A stretch of 64,000 nt of DNA from an uncultured Thermotogae bacterium (GTDB lineage: Bacteria > Bipolaricaulota > Bipolaricaulia > UBA7950 > UBA9294), in contig CAYXLR010000007.1 in the NCBI GenBank assembly GCA_964466035.1, forward strand, positions 25,299 to 89,298, written 5' to 3'. The position numbers and the translations under genes are program-made. The first letter of the stretch is position 1. The number at the start of each line of letters is the position of its first letter. The notes beneath the pieces were generated by a model. The model was given only the letters and a program-made list of their open reading frames with translations. It was not told where the DNA came from and searched no databases. Of the stretch, positions 1 through 8,097 are shown piece after piece.

Positions 1-27
1 CATCCGGCGCTTCGGCGCTTCGCGCGG

Positions 28-477
28 ATGTTCGTCACCGCGACCTACCTCGGCGACGGATACCTCTGGGGCGGCCTCGGCCTCGGGCTGATCCTGTTCG
101 GGCACTCGGTCGACCGATACAACGTCCTGATCGGCCTCGCGATCACGTTCGTCAACGTCGCCGTATTCCGGCTGATCAAGGTCCTAATCGGGCGGCTCCG
201 CCCGACGGACGACCTGCCGCGGCTCCGATCGCGGATCGTCGACGGCTACTCGTTCCCGTCCGGTCACGCGACGACGTCGTTCGGCCTCGCCTGGGTCGTC
301 GCGCAAAGCTACCCGTACCTCGTGGTGCAGGTGGCCGTCTACGTCGCGGCGGCGACGATCGCATTCTCGCGCGTCTACGTGCGGGAGCACTACCCCCTCG
401 ACGTCTTGGGCGGGGCGATCCTCGGATCGGTCGTTGCCGTCGTCCTTTACCCGCTTCTTTCGTGGATATTCTTTTGA
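28..477 (+). CDS. PAP2-family membrane phosphatase; frame is open to the window edge so the N-terminus may be truncated
   Basis: Complete PAP2 signature KX6RP / PSGH / SRX5HX3D visible (KVLIGRLRP, SFPSGHAT, SRVYVREHYPLD) in a hydrophobic multi-TM protein. Confidence 0.75.
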   Translation: MFVTATYLGDGYLWGGLGLGLILFGHSVDRYNVLIGLAITFVNVAVFRLIKVLIGRLRPTDDLPRLRSRIVDGYSFPSGHATTSFGLAWVVAQSYPYLVVQVAVYVAAATIAFSRVYVREHYPLDVLGGAILGSVVAVVLYPLLSWIFF

Positions 478-543
478 CAGTTCTTTAGGGGATTGCGTAA
501 CATTCGAGGCGCTTGACCGCGCGCAGCAGAGAGGGAGGGTTCG

Positions 544-1773
544 ATGAAACACCACTTCTCAAGCCGGGTGGCCGGAGCGAAACGATCGGCGATTCGCGAG
601 CTTCTCAAACTGACCGAACAACCGGACATCATCTCGTTCGGGGGCGGGCTTCCCGCGCCGGAGACGTTCCCGCACGACGAGATGGCGGAGATCGCGGCGG
701 AGATCATCCGCGAGAACTACGCCAACGTCCTGCAGTACGGACTGACCGAGGGAAGCAAGACGCTCCGCCAGGCGGTCTGCGATTGGCTCGTCCCACAGGG
801 GCTCGAGGTGACGATCGACGAGCTGTTGGTCACGACGGCGTCGCAGCAGGCGCTCGACCTCCTGTGTAAGGCGTTCATCGATCCGGGGGACGTCATTTTC
901 TGCGGCCTGCCGACCTACTTGGGGGCGGTGCAGGCGTTCACCCTCTTCCAGGTCGACCAGATCGGCGTCCCGCTCGAGGACGACGGGATGGACCTCGACG
1001 AGCTCGAACGGCGGATCGAGGGCGCGAAGCGCGAGGGCAAGACGCTGAAGGCGATCTACGTGATCCCCGACTTCCAGAACCCGAGCGGGATCACGATGTC
1101 GCTTGAGAAGAGAAAGCGGCTCCTCGAGATCGCCCGTCGCGAGGACCTGCTGATCTTCGAGGACAACCCGTACGGGTACCTGCGGTTCGCCGGGGAGCCG
1201 GTCCCGTCGATCTGCTCCCTCGACCAGGAGGGGCGGGTCATCATGATGCTCACCTTCTCCAAGACGCTTTGCGCCGGGCTCCGCCTGGCGGTCGTGGTCG
1301 CCCGCGGTGACCTGATGGACGCCCTCGTCCGCGCGAAGCAGGCGACCGATCTGTGCACGTCGAAGCTGACCCAGCATCTGGCGGCGCAGTACATGATTCG
1401 CTACGGACTGGAGAAACACCTCAGGGAGATCCGTCCGATCTATCGGGAGAAGCGGGACGCGATGATCGCCGCGCTCGAGCGGTACATGCCCGAGGACGCG
1501 GGGATCACGTGGACGAACCCGGAGGGCGGCCTGTTCGTCTGGATGCGGCTTCCCGAGGGGATCGATACGACCGACATGCTGCAGGACGCGATCGAGCACA
1601 AGGTCGCGTACGTGCCTGGGGCGTCGTCGTACGTCGACGGCCGGGGACAGAACACGATCCGGCTGTCCTACTCCCTGGTGACGCCCGAAAAGATCGAAGA
1701 GGGGATCCGACGGCTGGCCGGGGTCGTCAAGACGGCGATCGAGGCGAAGCAGGTCGCGGCCGGCGCGCGGTAG
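544..1773 (+). CDS. PLP-dependent aminotransferase, class I/II (2-aminoadipate/aromatic aminotransferase-like)
   Basis: 409 aa; N-terminal KRSAIRELLKL...ISFGGGLP motif typical of LysN/AAT-like aminotransferases; TFSKT lysine motif; RBS gagggaggg upstream. Confidence 0.85.
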   Translation: MKHHFSSRVAGAKRSAIRELLKLTEQPDIISFGGGLPAPETFPHDEMAEIAAEIIRENYANVLQYGLTEGSKTLRQAVCDWLVPQGLEVTIDELLVTTASQQALDLLCKAFIDPGDVIFCGLPTYLGAVQAFTLFQVDQIGVPLEDDGMDLDELERRIEGAKREGKTLKAIYVIPDFQNPSGITMSLEKRKRLLEIARREDLLIFEDNPYGYLRFAGEPVPSICSLDQEGRVIMMLTFSKTLCAGLRLAVVVARGDLMDALVRAKQATDLCTSKLTQHLAAQYMIRYGLEKHLREIRPIYREKRDAMIAALERYMPEDAGITWTNPEGGLFVWMRLPEGIDTTDMLQDAIEHKVAYVPGASSYVDGRGQNTIRLSYSLVTPEKIEEGIRRLAGVVKTAIEAKQVAAGAR

Positions 1774-1799
1774 CAGCGAGAGGCTGACTGAACGAACGC

Positions 1800-1827
1800 G
1801 GGCATCGGGTCGAACGGCTCGATGCCC
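1800..1827. terminator. GC hairpin between convergent genes (possible bidirectional terminator)
   Basis: GGGCATCG-N12-CGATGCCC followed by gatcgtttgtc, between stop codons at 1773 (+) and 1845 (-). Confidence 0.3.
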
Positions 1828-1844
1828 GATCGTTTGTCGACTCG

Positions 1845-2969
1845 CTAGAAGACCGCCTCCGGAAGCGCGTCGACGAGCGCGGTCGTCAGGCGGATCGTGT
1901 TCTCGAGGTCGCCGAGCCGGAGGGTCGAGATCGGCGAGTGGATGTACCGACACGGGACCGAGATCACCCCGGCGAGGACGCCGCCCCGGGTGAGGTGGAT
2001 CGCCCCGGCGTCGGTCCCGCCGTACGTCGGGAGCTTGTACTGATAGGGGATCCCCGCGTTCTCGGCGACCGTCTCCAGGGCGGCGACGATCCTCCTCGAC
2101 ACGACGATCGAGCGGTCGGCGACGGAGATCGCCGGGCCGAGGCCGAGCCGAACCGGCTGGTTTTCGGGGGAGACGCCGGGCATGTCGGCCCCGATCGTCC
2201 CCTCGATCGCGATCGCCAGGTCCGGCTCCAGCTGATACGCCGCCGTCCGGGCGCCGCGGAGGCCGAGCTCTTCGCCGAAGACGAACGAGAAGGCGACGTT
2301 CATCCCGAGCGGTCGCTCGGCGAGCCGGCGGGCCGTCTCGATCAGAACGGTGCAGCCGGCCCGATCGTCGAACGCCTTCCCGGTGACGGTTCCGTTTCGA
2401 AGCTCGGCGAACGGGTAGTGGATCGTGAACGGATCGCCGATCCGGAGGCCCATCTCAGCGGCTTCGTCCTTCGACGTCGCGCCGACGTCGACGAACAGGC
2501 TCTCCATCGGGATCGGCTTCTTCCGCTCCTCGGGAGGGACGATGTGCGGCGGCGCGGTCCCGATGACGCCGTGCAGCTTGGTCCCCTCCCGGGTGAGGAT
2601 CTCGACCCGATGGCCGGGGACGATTCGCTCGTCCCATCCGCCGATCGGCGCGAAGCGCAGGTAGCCGCCCTCGTCGATCCACTTGACGATGAAGCCGACC
2701 TCGTCCGTGTGCGCGTCGAGCATCAGCGTTCGCTCGTCCGCGCGATTCGCCGCGCGGCGAATCGCGAACAGGTTGCCCAGCGCGTCGGTCCTGACCTCGT
2801 CGACGAGCGGCGAGACGAGACCGCGGATCGTCTCCCTCACCTCGTCCTCGAACCCGGAGACGCCGAATCCGTCGGACAGCTCGCGTAGAACGTCGATCGG
2901 TTGCATGGTTCCGAACTCCCTTCTCTGGATCCCTGTCAGATTGGATTGCCTCGATGATCCGCGACGCAC
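1845..2969 (-). CDS. M42-family metallo-aminopeptidase (FrvX/CelM-like)
   Basis: 374 aa; GVSGFEDEV N-terminus and LMLDAHTDEVGF, FGEELGLRG, HSP motifs typical of M42 glutamyl aminopeptidases; 3 nt downstream of uvrC. Confidence 0.85.
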   Translation of the reverse strand: MRRGSSRQSNLTGIQRREFGTMQPIDVLRELSDGFGVSGFEDEVRETIRGLVSPLVDEVRTDALGNLFAIRRAANRADERTLMLDAHTDEVGFIVKWIDEGGYLRFAPIGGWDERIVPGHRVEILTREGTKLHGVIGTAPPHIVPPEERKKPIPMESLFVDVGATSKDEAAEMGLRIGDPFTIHYPFAELRNGTVTGKAFDDRAGCTVLIETARRLAERPLGMNVAFSFVFGEELGLRGARTAAYQLEPDLAIAIEGTIGADMPGVSPENQPVRLGLGPAISVADRSIVVSRRIVAALETVAENAGIPYQYKLPTYGGTDAGAIHLTRGGVLAGVISVPCRYIHSPISTLRLGDLENTIRLTTALVDALPEAVF

Positions 2970-2972
2970 CGG

Positions 2973-4817
2973 TCAGCGTGCAAGATGGTGACGGATCCGC
3001 TCGGCGAGCCCGTCCGGGATTCCGGCCTTCTCCGCGATCTCGTCCGCCGAGGCGTGCTCGAGCCGCGCCACCGAGCCGAACGCCTGGATCAGCGTGCTCT
3101 TCCGCTTCGGGCCGACGCCGGGGATCTCGTCGAGGATCGAGGCGAGGCTCCGCTTCGCGCGAAGCCGCCGGTGGTACGTGACGGCGAACCGGTGCGCCTC
3201 GTCGCGGATCTGGCGCAGCAGCAACAGCGCCGGGCTCTCCGGTTCGAGGACGAGCGGCTCCGATTGACCGGGTCGGAACACCTCCTCGTGCCGCTTCGCC
3301 AGGCCGATCGCCTCGATCCCCTCGATGTTCGCGTCGCGGAGGACGTCGATCGCGACGTTCAGCTGCCCCTTCCCCCCGTCGACGAGGAGGAGGTCGGGGA
3401 GCTCGGAGAACTTCCCCTTGTGGATCGACGGATCGGACAGCTCGGCGAGCCCACGGCGGAAGCGGCGCCCGAGGACCTCGGCCATCATCGCGTAGTCGTC
3501 CGGCTTCCCCGATCTCTGGACCTTGAACCGCCGGTAGGCGTCCCGCCGGGGGCGGCCGTTCTCGAACACGACCATCGAGCCGGTCGCCTCCCCTCCCTGC
3601 GTGTTGGAGACGTCGAACGCCTCGATCCGCTGCGGGAAGACGGACAACGAAAGCGCTTCGGTCAGCTCGACGAGCGCCACGGTCGCCTCCTTCCGGACCG
3701 CCTCGTCCCGCTGCTCCCCCTTCATCGCGAACCGGGCGTTGTCGTTCGCCAGCTCGACCAGCCGGCGCTTCTCGCCGCGCTGGGGGACGCGGGCGTGGAC
3801 CCGCCGACCGCGGAGGTCGGTCAGCCAGGTTTCGAGGCGTTCGGTCTCCTCGATCTCGATCGGGAGGAGGATCTCCCGCGGCACGGACGACGCGTTGGCG
3901 TAGTACTGGGTCAGGAACGCGGAGAGGATCTCGGCTTCGGAGGAGTCGTCCGGGACGCGGAGGTGGTACGACTCCCGTCCGGCCATCCGCCCGCCGCGGA
4001 CGAGGAAGACCTGGGCGGACGCCCGGTCCTCGCCGACCGCCAGGCCGAAGACGTCCCGGTCGATCGTGTCCGGCAGGACGACCGACTGGCGCTCGAGGGT
4101 CCGCAGGAGCGACTCCATCTGATCCCTCAGGTGGGCGGCGCGCTCGAACCGCTGCGCCGCCGCCGCGTCGCGCATCTCCGTTCGGAGGCCGGAGATCAGG
4201 CCGGAGACGCGCCCCTCGAACAGCATCGCCGCCCGATCGACCATCGCCCCGTACTCCTCGAGGCTCACCAGCTCGGCGCACGGCCCGAGGCATCGGCCGA
4301 TGTGGTAGTTGAGGCACGGGCGGCGCGGTGTCTTCAACGGAAGGTCGAGCGTGCAGGTGCGAATCGGGAAGAGCTTCTGGGCGAGCTTCAAGGTCGTGCG
4401 CATCGCCTTGACGCTCGTGTACGGGCCGAAGTAGCGGGCGCCGTCGTCGAACCGTCGCCGGACGACCATCACGTGGGGGAACGGCTCGGCGGTGATCTTC
4501 AGGTACGGATATCGCTTGTCGTCGCGCAGCCGGACGTTGCATCGCGGCTGATGCCGCTTGATCAGCGTGTCCTCGAGGAGGAACGCCTCGGACTCGGTTT
4601 CGGTCTGGATAACCTCGAAGTCGGCGATCTGGGCGACGAGCGACTGCGTCCTCCGCTCCGCCTCGGCCTGCGCCTGGAAGTACGAGCGGACCCGCGATCG
4701 GAGGGAGGCCGCCTTCCCGACGTAGATCACGTCGCCGCGGGCGTCCTTCATCAGGTAGACGCCCGGCGTCGTCGGGAGAGACTTCAGCTTCGCTTCGATC
4801 GAGGGTTCACGTGTCAT
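2973..4817 (-). CDS. uvrC: Excinuclease ABC subunit C
   Basis: 614 aa; N-terminal GIY-YIG (GVYLMKDARGDVIYVGKA), central UvrC family region, C-terminal helix-hairpin-helix (IPGVGPKRKSTLIQAFGS). Confidence 0.95.
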   Translation of the reverse strand: MTREPSIEAKLKSLPTTPGVYLMKDARGDVIYVGKAASLRSRVRSYFQAQAEAERRTQSLVAQIADFEVIQTETESEAFLLEDTLIKRHQPRCNVRLRDDKRYPYLKITAEPFPHVMVVRRRFDDGARYFGPYTSVKAMRTTLKLAQKLFPIRTCTLDLPLKTPRRPCLNYHIGRCLGPCAELVSLEEYGAMVDRAAMLFEGRVSGLISGLRTEMRDAAAAQRFERAAHLRDQMESLLRTLERQSVVLPDTIDRDVFGLAVGEDRASAQVFLVRGGRMAGRESYHLRVPDDSSEAEILSAFLTQYYANASSVPREILLPIEIEETERLETWLTDLRGRRVHARVPQRGEKRRLVELANDNARFAMKGEQRDEAVRKEATVALVELTEALSLSVFPQRIEAFDVSNTQGGEATGSMVVFENGRPRRDAYRRFKVQRSGKPDDYAMMAEVLGRRFRRGLAELSDPSIHKGKFSELPDLLLVDGGKGQLNVAIDVLRDANIEGIEAIGLAKRHEEVFRPGQSEPLVLEPESPALLLLRQIRDEAHRFAVTYHRRLRAKRSLASILDEIPGVGPKRKSTLIQAFGSVARLEHASADEIAEKAGIPDGLAERIRHHLAR

Positions 4818-4887
4818 CGGAGGTCTTGCTCATGGTAGCGACGCCGGGATCGTGCCTCAAATGCCGGTTCAGTGGTTCCTTGGACGG

Positions 4888-4915
4888 TTGATCGGCGCGT
4901 CGACGCCGCTACAAT
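4888..4915 (+). promoter_or_regulatory. Candidate sigma70 promoter for tRNA-Ala
   Basis: TTGATC - 16 nt - TACAAT, -10 ends about 18 nt before tRNA 5' end. Confidence 0.45.
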
Positions 4916-4933
4916 GGCCTCCCGAAGAACCCT

Positions 4934-5010
4934 GGGGGTGTAGCTCTAATTGGGAGAGCGCCCGCCTTGCACGCGGGAGGATGGCGGTTCGAATCCGCTC
5001 GCCTCCACCA
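4934..5010 (+). tRNA. tRNA-Ala (anticodon TGC), CCA encoded
   Basis: Cloverleaf readable by eye: acceptor GGGGGTG/CGCCTCC with G3:U70 Ala identity pair, anticodon loop CTTGCAC, T-arm GGCGGTTCGAATCCGCT, terminal ACCA. Confidence 0.93.
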
Positions 5011-5123
5011 GGACTACGGTACCAAGGTGTGTACACCCGCCGAACTCTTCTGGGGCGTCGCCCGCGAATACACTCACGACGAGGCCTGAGGGGTCAATAC
5101 CATTCCGGAACTGGACAGCCTAA

Positions 5124-5594
5124 GTGTTCGAAACAGAGAAGGAGATTCTGTCTGGGCTTCTTCGATTCTGCCTCAAGCAGCTTGTGGATGCTGGGCGAGT
5201 TGAAGAAGGCAACATAGTCGGCGCGTACCACGTGGACTTCGAGGCAACCGACGAGCTTGCGGGCAGCGGGCAAGCCGCGGCAACTACTCAGGACCGGCTG
5301 GGACATGCTGTTGTTCTATTTGATCCTGCGTGGGGTTCTGAAGCAGCTGCTTGGGCGATCCCCCACGAAGCATTTCACGTAGCTCAGTTCTGCTGCGGAG
5401 ATCTCGTGAACCTAGGAGGGGGCAGGAAGCTCTGGAAGGGAGAAGCATATGAGTCTCTGGCTTCCGATGATCCACATTATTCAGAGCAGCCATGGGAAGC
5501 CGAAGCATTCGCACACGATGAGGAGCTTCGCAGCACCATGAGGAGGCAGTACCCGGATCTCGACTCCCGCTTACAACAAGAGGAGGAGCACTGA
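5124..5594 (+). CDS. Small HExxH protein, ImmA/IrrE (COG2856)-like metallopeptidase candidate; start codon uncertain (GTG at 5124 is first possible)
   Basis: 156 aa; HEAFH zinc motif followed ~37 aa later by PWEAEAFAH, resembling the HExxH...ExEAxxFA layout of ImmA/IrrE peptidases. Confidence 0.5.
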   Translation: MFETEKEILSGLLRFCLKQLVDAGRVEEGNIVGAYHVDFEATDELAGSGQAAATTQDRLGHAVVLFDPAWGSEAAAWAIPHEAFHVAQFCCGDLVNLGGGRKLWKGEAYESLASDDPHYSEQPWEAEAFAHDEELRSTMRRQYPDLDSRLQQEEEH

Positions 5595-5640
5595 CTTCGG
5601 CAGGCCCACCCTGTCAGACAGAGATGAGGTGTCCCCGGGC

Positions 5641-5656
5641 TCTCCAATCGTTCACC
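5641..5656 (+). repeat. Island repeat copy A (TCTCCAATCGTTCACC)
   Basis: 16-nt core identical to copies at 7761 and 11143; lies 47 nt after stop of ORF 5124..5594. Confidence 0.7.
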
Positions 5657-5772
5657 TCGGCTTGATCCTGGACCATCCATGGGTAATTGCTCTGTGTTCT
5701 CAGTTGGTGTCTGCTGAGGGACTTGGCATAGACTAGCTCCACAGACAACGCGACAAACGGGAGCGGATCGGG

Positions 5773-7611
5773 ATGCCTGAGGCGAAGGAGTACCCACACA
5801 CATCTATCAAGTGGAGTGAGACTTACACGAAGACGGGGCTCGTCCGCTACGTCGTTGAGATTCGACATCTTGAGCTAAGCAAGTACCGTGTGATAAAGGA
5901 TCCTGATAGGGGAATCGCTCGCTCGAAGGCAGAGGCCCAGCTGAAGGGATGGCATCAGCAGTGGGAGAAAAGGGAGCACATCCGCAAGCAAAAGGAGGAT
6001 GCTGCGGAGAGAACGACGCTTGCCCAAGAGCGGCTCGCGCAAGTGCAAGGCATACTGCAGACCGGTCTCACAAGAAGGACCAAGATAACGGCTCGCTCGA
6101 AGTGGTACAAGTTCCCGGAGAAGGAGCCGCGGGAGCCCAGGAAGCCGAAGCTTCAGAAGGTCCCCAGGAAGCCATCGCCGAAGAGACGACCGCAAAAGCC
6201 GGAGCCAGATCCTGGCACGAAGCCGACAGAGACAGGCATAGAGTATCAAGTGAAGAGCGGGTTCCTGGCCTGGTTAGCTGGCGGCTCGCGCGCCAAGCGT
6301 GAGGCCGATGCCCGGCAGTGGTTCAGGAGCGATCTGACAGCATGGGAGACTGCCCAGAGGGAGGCGCTTGAGAAGTGGGGATCCCGCTGCCGTGAACTCG
6401 ATTCGGAGGATCAAGCTGCCCTTTCAGCGTGGGAGAAGCGAGTATCCGAAGTGCGGAAGAAGAATGCCGAGAAGCAAGAGACCTACGCGATCGAGAGAGA
6501 GAAGTGGGAAGAGAAAAGGAGCAGGTGGGCTGAGAAGAAAGAGTCGCATGAGGCAGCTGTACGGAGCCTTTTCGAGAACTATCGCGACAGGGAGCCGGAA
6601 GCAGTGTGCAGCTATCTATCAGCTGTTCTGGACGAAAGCTCCTACCCGGAGTGGATTCCCAGGGAACACGACATCTACTACAACACCGAGACGAAGACAG
6701 CAGTCGTAGATTATCGACTGCCAGCCCCATCCGATCTTCCGGCTATCAAGGAAGTCTCGTATGTCCAGGCGCGGGACGAGTTCACAGAAAAGCCCATACC
6801 CGTCCGGGATTGCGAGAAGCTGTACGACTCCGCTATCTACCAAGTGGCCCTCAGGACCTTGCACGAGTGCTTCGAGGCCACGGCCGACAGTGTTCTTACG
6901 TCGGTCGTGTTCAACGGCTATGTCAGGACCAAGGATGCGGCTACTGGCAAGGGGATACGCCCGTGCATTCTCTCTGTCCAGACCCAACGGGGCGAGTTCT
7001 CAGCAATCGATCTTGCATCTGTAGATCCCAAGGAGTGCGTCAGGAAACTGAGAGGTATCGGAAGCTCCAAACTGCATGCACTGGCGCCAATCGCACCGAT
7101 TCTGTCTTTCGACAAGGAAGACTCGAGGTTTGTCGAGGGTCGCGACATTCTGGGGCGTGTGAGCGAAGGCAGCAACCTTGCTGCCATGGACTGGGAGGAC
7201 TTCGAACATCTCATCCGGGGGGTCTTCGAGGGGTATTTCGCCGACATTGACGGGGATGTGAAAGTCACCCAGGCAAGCCGTGACAAGGGCGTCGATGCAG
7301 TGGTATTCGACCCAGATCCTGTTACTGGTGGGAAAATCATCATACAGGCGAAGCGCTACACGAATACGGTGTCCGTAGCAGCGGTCCGGGAGTTGCTCGG
7401 CACTGTCCAGAATGAAGGTGCAAAACTCGGCATCCTTGTCGCGACATCGCAGTTCGGACCGGATGCGATTCAGCTGGCTGCAGAGTGGCCGATTAACCTG
7501 ATTGACGGCGGCAACCTGCTGCACTTGCTGGCAGAGCAGGGCCGCAAAGCCTACATCGACATCCGGGAAGCGCGGGAGATTCTCAAGGAGCGAGAAGGCG
7601 AGGCGAGCTAG
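5773..7611 (+). CDS. Mrr-type (Mrr_cat, PD-(D/E)xK) restriction endonuclease domain fused to a ~440-aa coiled-coil/Lys-Pro-rich N-terminal region
   Basis: 612 aa; C-terminus WEDFEHLIRGVFEGY...DKGVDAVV...IIIQAKRY...VRELLG...GILVATSQF matches the Mrr catalytic-domain pattern (D...(D/E)xK = QAK); N-terminus is charged heptad-like plus PRKPKLQKVPRKPSPKRRPQKPEP. Confidence 0.75.
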   Translation: MPEAKEYPHTSIKWSETYTKTGLVRYVVEIRHLELSKYRVIKDPDRGIARSKAEAQLKGWHQQWEKREHIRKQKEDAAERTTLAQERLAQVQGILQTGLTRRTKITARSKWYKFPEKEPREPRKPKLQKVPRKPSPKRRPQKPEPDPGTKPTETGIEYQVKSGFLAWLAGGSRAKREADARQWFRSDLTAWETAQREALEKWGSRCRELDSEDQAALSAWEKRVSEVRKKNAEKQETYAIEREKWEEKRSRWAEKKESHEAAVRSLFENYRDREPEAVCSYLSAVLDESSYPEWIPREHDIYYNTETKTAVVDYRLPAPSDLPAIKEVSYVQARDEFTEKPIPVRDCEKLYDSAIYQVALRTLHECFEATADSVLTSVVFNGYVRTKDAATGKGIRPCILSVQTQRGEFSAIDLASVDPKECVRKLRGIGSSKLHALAPIAPILSFDKEDSRFVEGRDILGRVSEGSNLAAMDWEDFEHLIRGVFEGYFADIDGDVKVTQASRDKGVDAVVFDPDPVTGGKIIIQAKRYTNTVSVAAVRELLGTVQNEGAKLGILVATSQFGPDAIQLAAEWPINLIDGGNLLHLLAEQGRKAYIDIREAREILKEREGEAS

Positions 7612-7644
7612 GGCGCATGCCTCCAACCGCGTTTCAGCCGGAGG

Positions 7645-7684
7645 TTCTCCAAACGTTTACCTCGGGTCTCCCGTCTTGAGACGG
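7645..7684 (+). repeat. Island repeat copy B1 (degenerate: TTCTCCAAACGTTTACC) plus adjacent GTCTCC..TTGAGACG hairpin
   Basis: 34 nt after stop of 5773..7611; CCGTCTTGAGACGG hairpin also recurs after copy C (GTCTCCTTGAGAC at 11191). Confidence 0.6.
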
Positions 7685-7757
7685 CTGCTTCAGTAGGTAG
7701 TAGGTGGCAAGTAGCGTGTAGGAGAAGACTACAAGCCCAGGTGCACATCAGAACGAA

Positions 7758-7783
7758 GGTTCTCCAATCGTTCACCCAGGCTC
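7758..7783 (+). repeat. Island repeat copy B2 (GGTTCTCCAATCGTTCACCCAGGCTC)
   Basis: 26/26 nt identical, same orientation, to 11140..11165. Confidence 0.85.
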
Positions 7784-8097
7784 CATACGAACTGAAGGCT
7801 AACACCTTCCTCTTCTACGTTACCGCCCGATTTGGAAAACAGACTCGAGGTTCATGAATGAAGAACTACCTCGTACTTCCTTTATCCGTTGGGTCGTCAC
7901 ATCAGGCGGAGGTGGGAAGCACCCTCCTTGTCTACGAAGGGCGAGACAGATCTTCTAGGTTAGAGCGTGTTTTTCCTGAGAACCGGTTTATCCTATAATC
8001 CCCTCAAGGATGACGTGAGGATGGCCTGACGATCGCCTGTCGATGGGGGAATCTAGCGTCTACATGCAGCCCTTGCCGGCTGCTATGGGGGAGTGAG

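Noticed and set aside
559-1953. Very long ORFs antisense to or out of frame with real genes (e.g. 559..1953 -, 2455..4542 -, 2985..4838 +, 12744..14573 -, 17741..19465 -, 20239..21933 -, 36141..38417 +, 48169..51657 -, 51730..54330 -, 44783..45940 -)
   Set aside because: Their translations are Arg/Pro/Gly/Asp-rich low-complexity strings with no motifs. They overlap strongly supported genes. This is the expected stop-codon-poor artefact of high-GC DNA.
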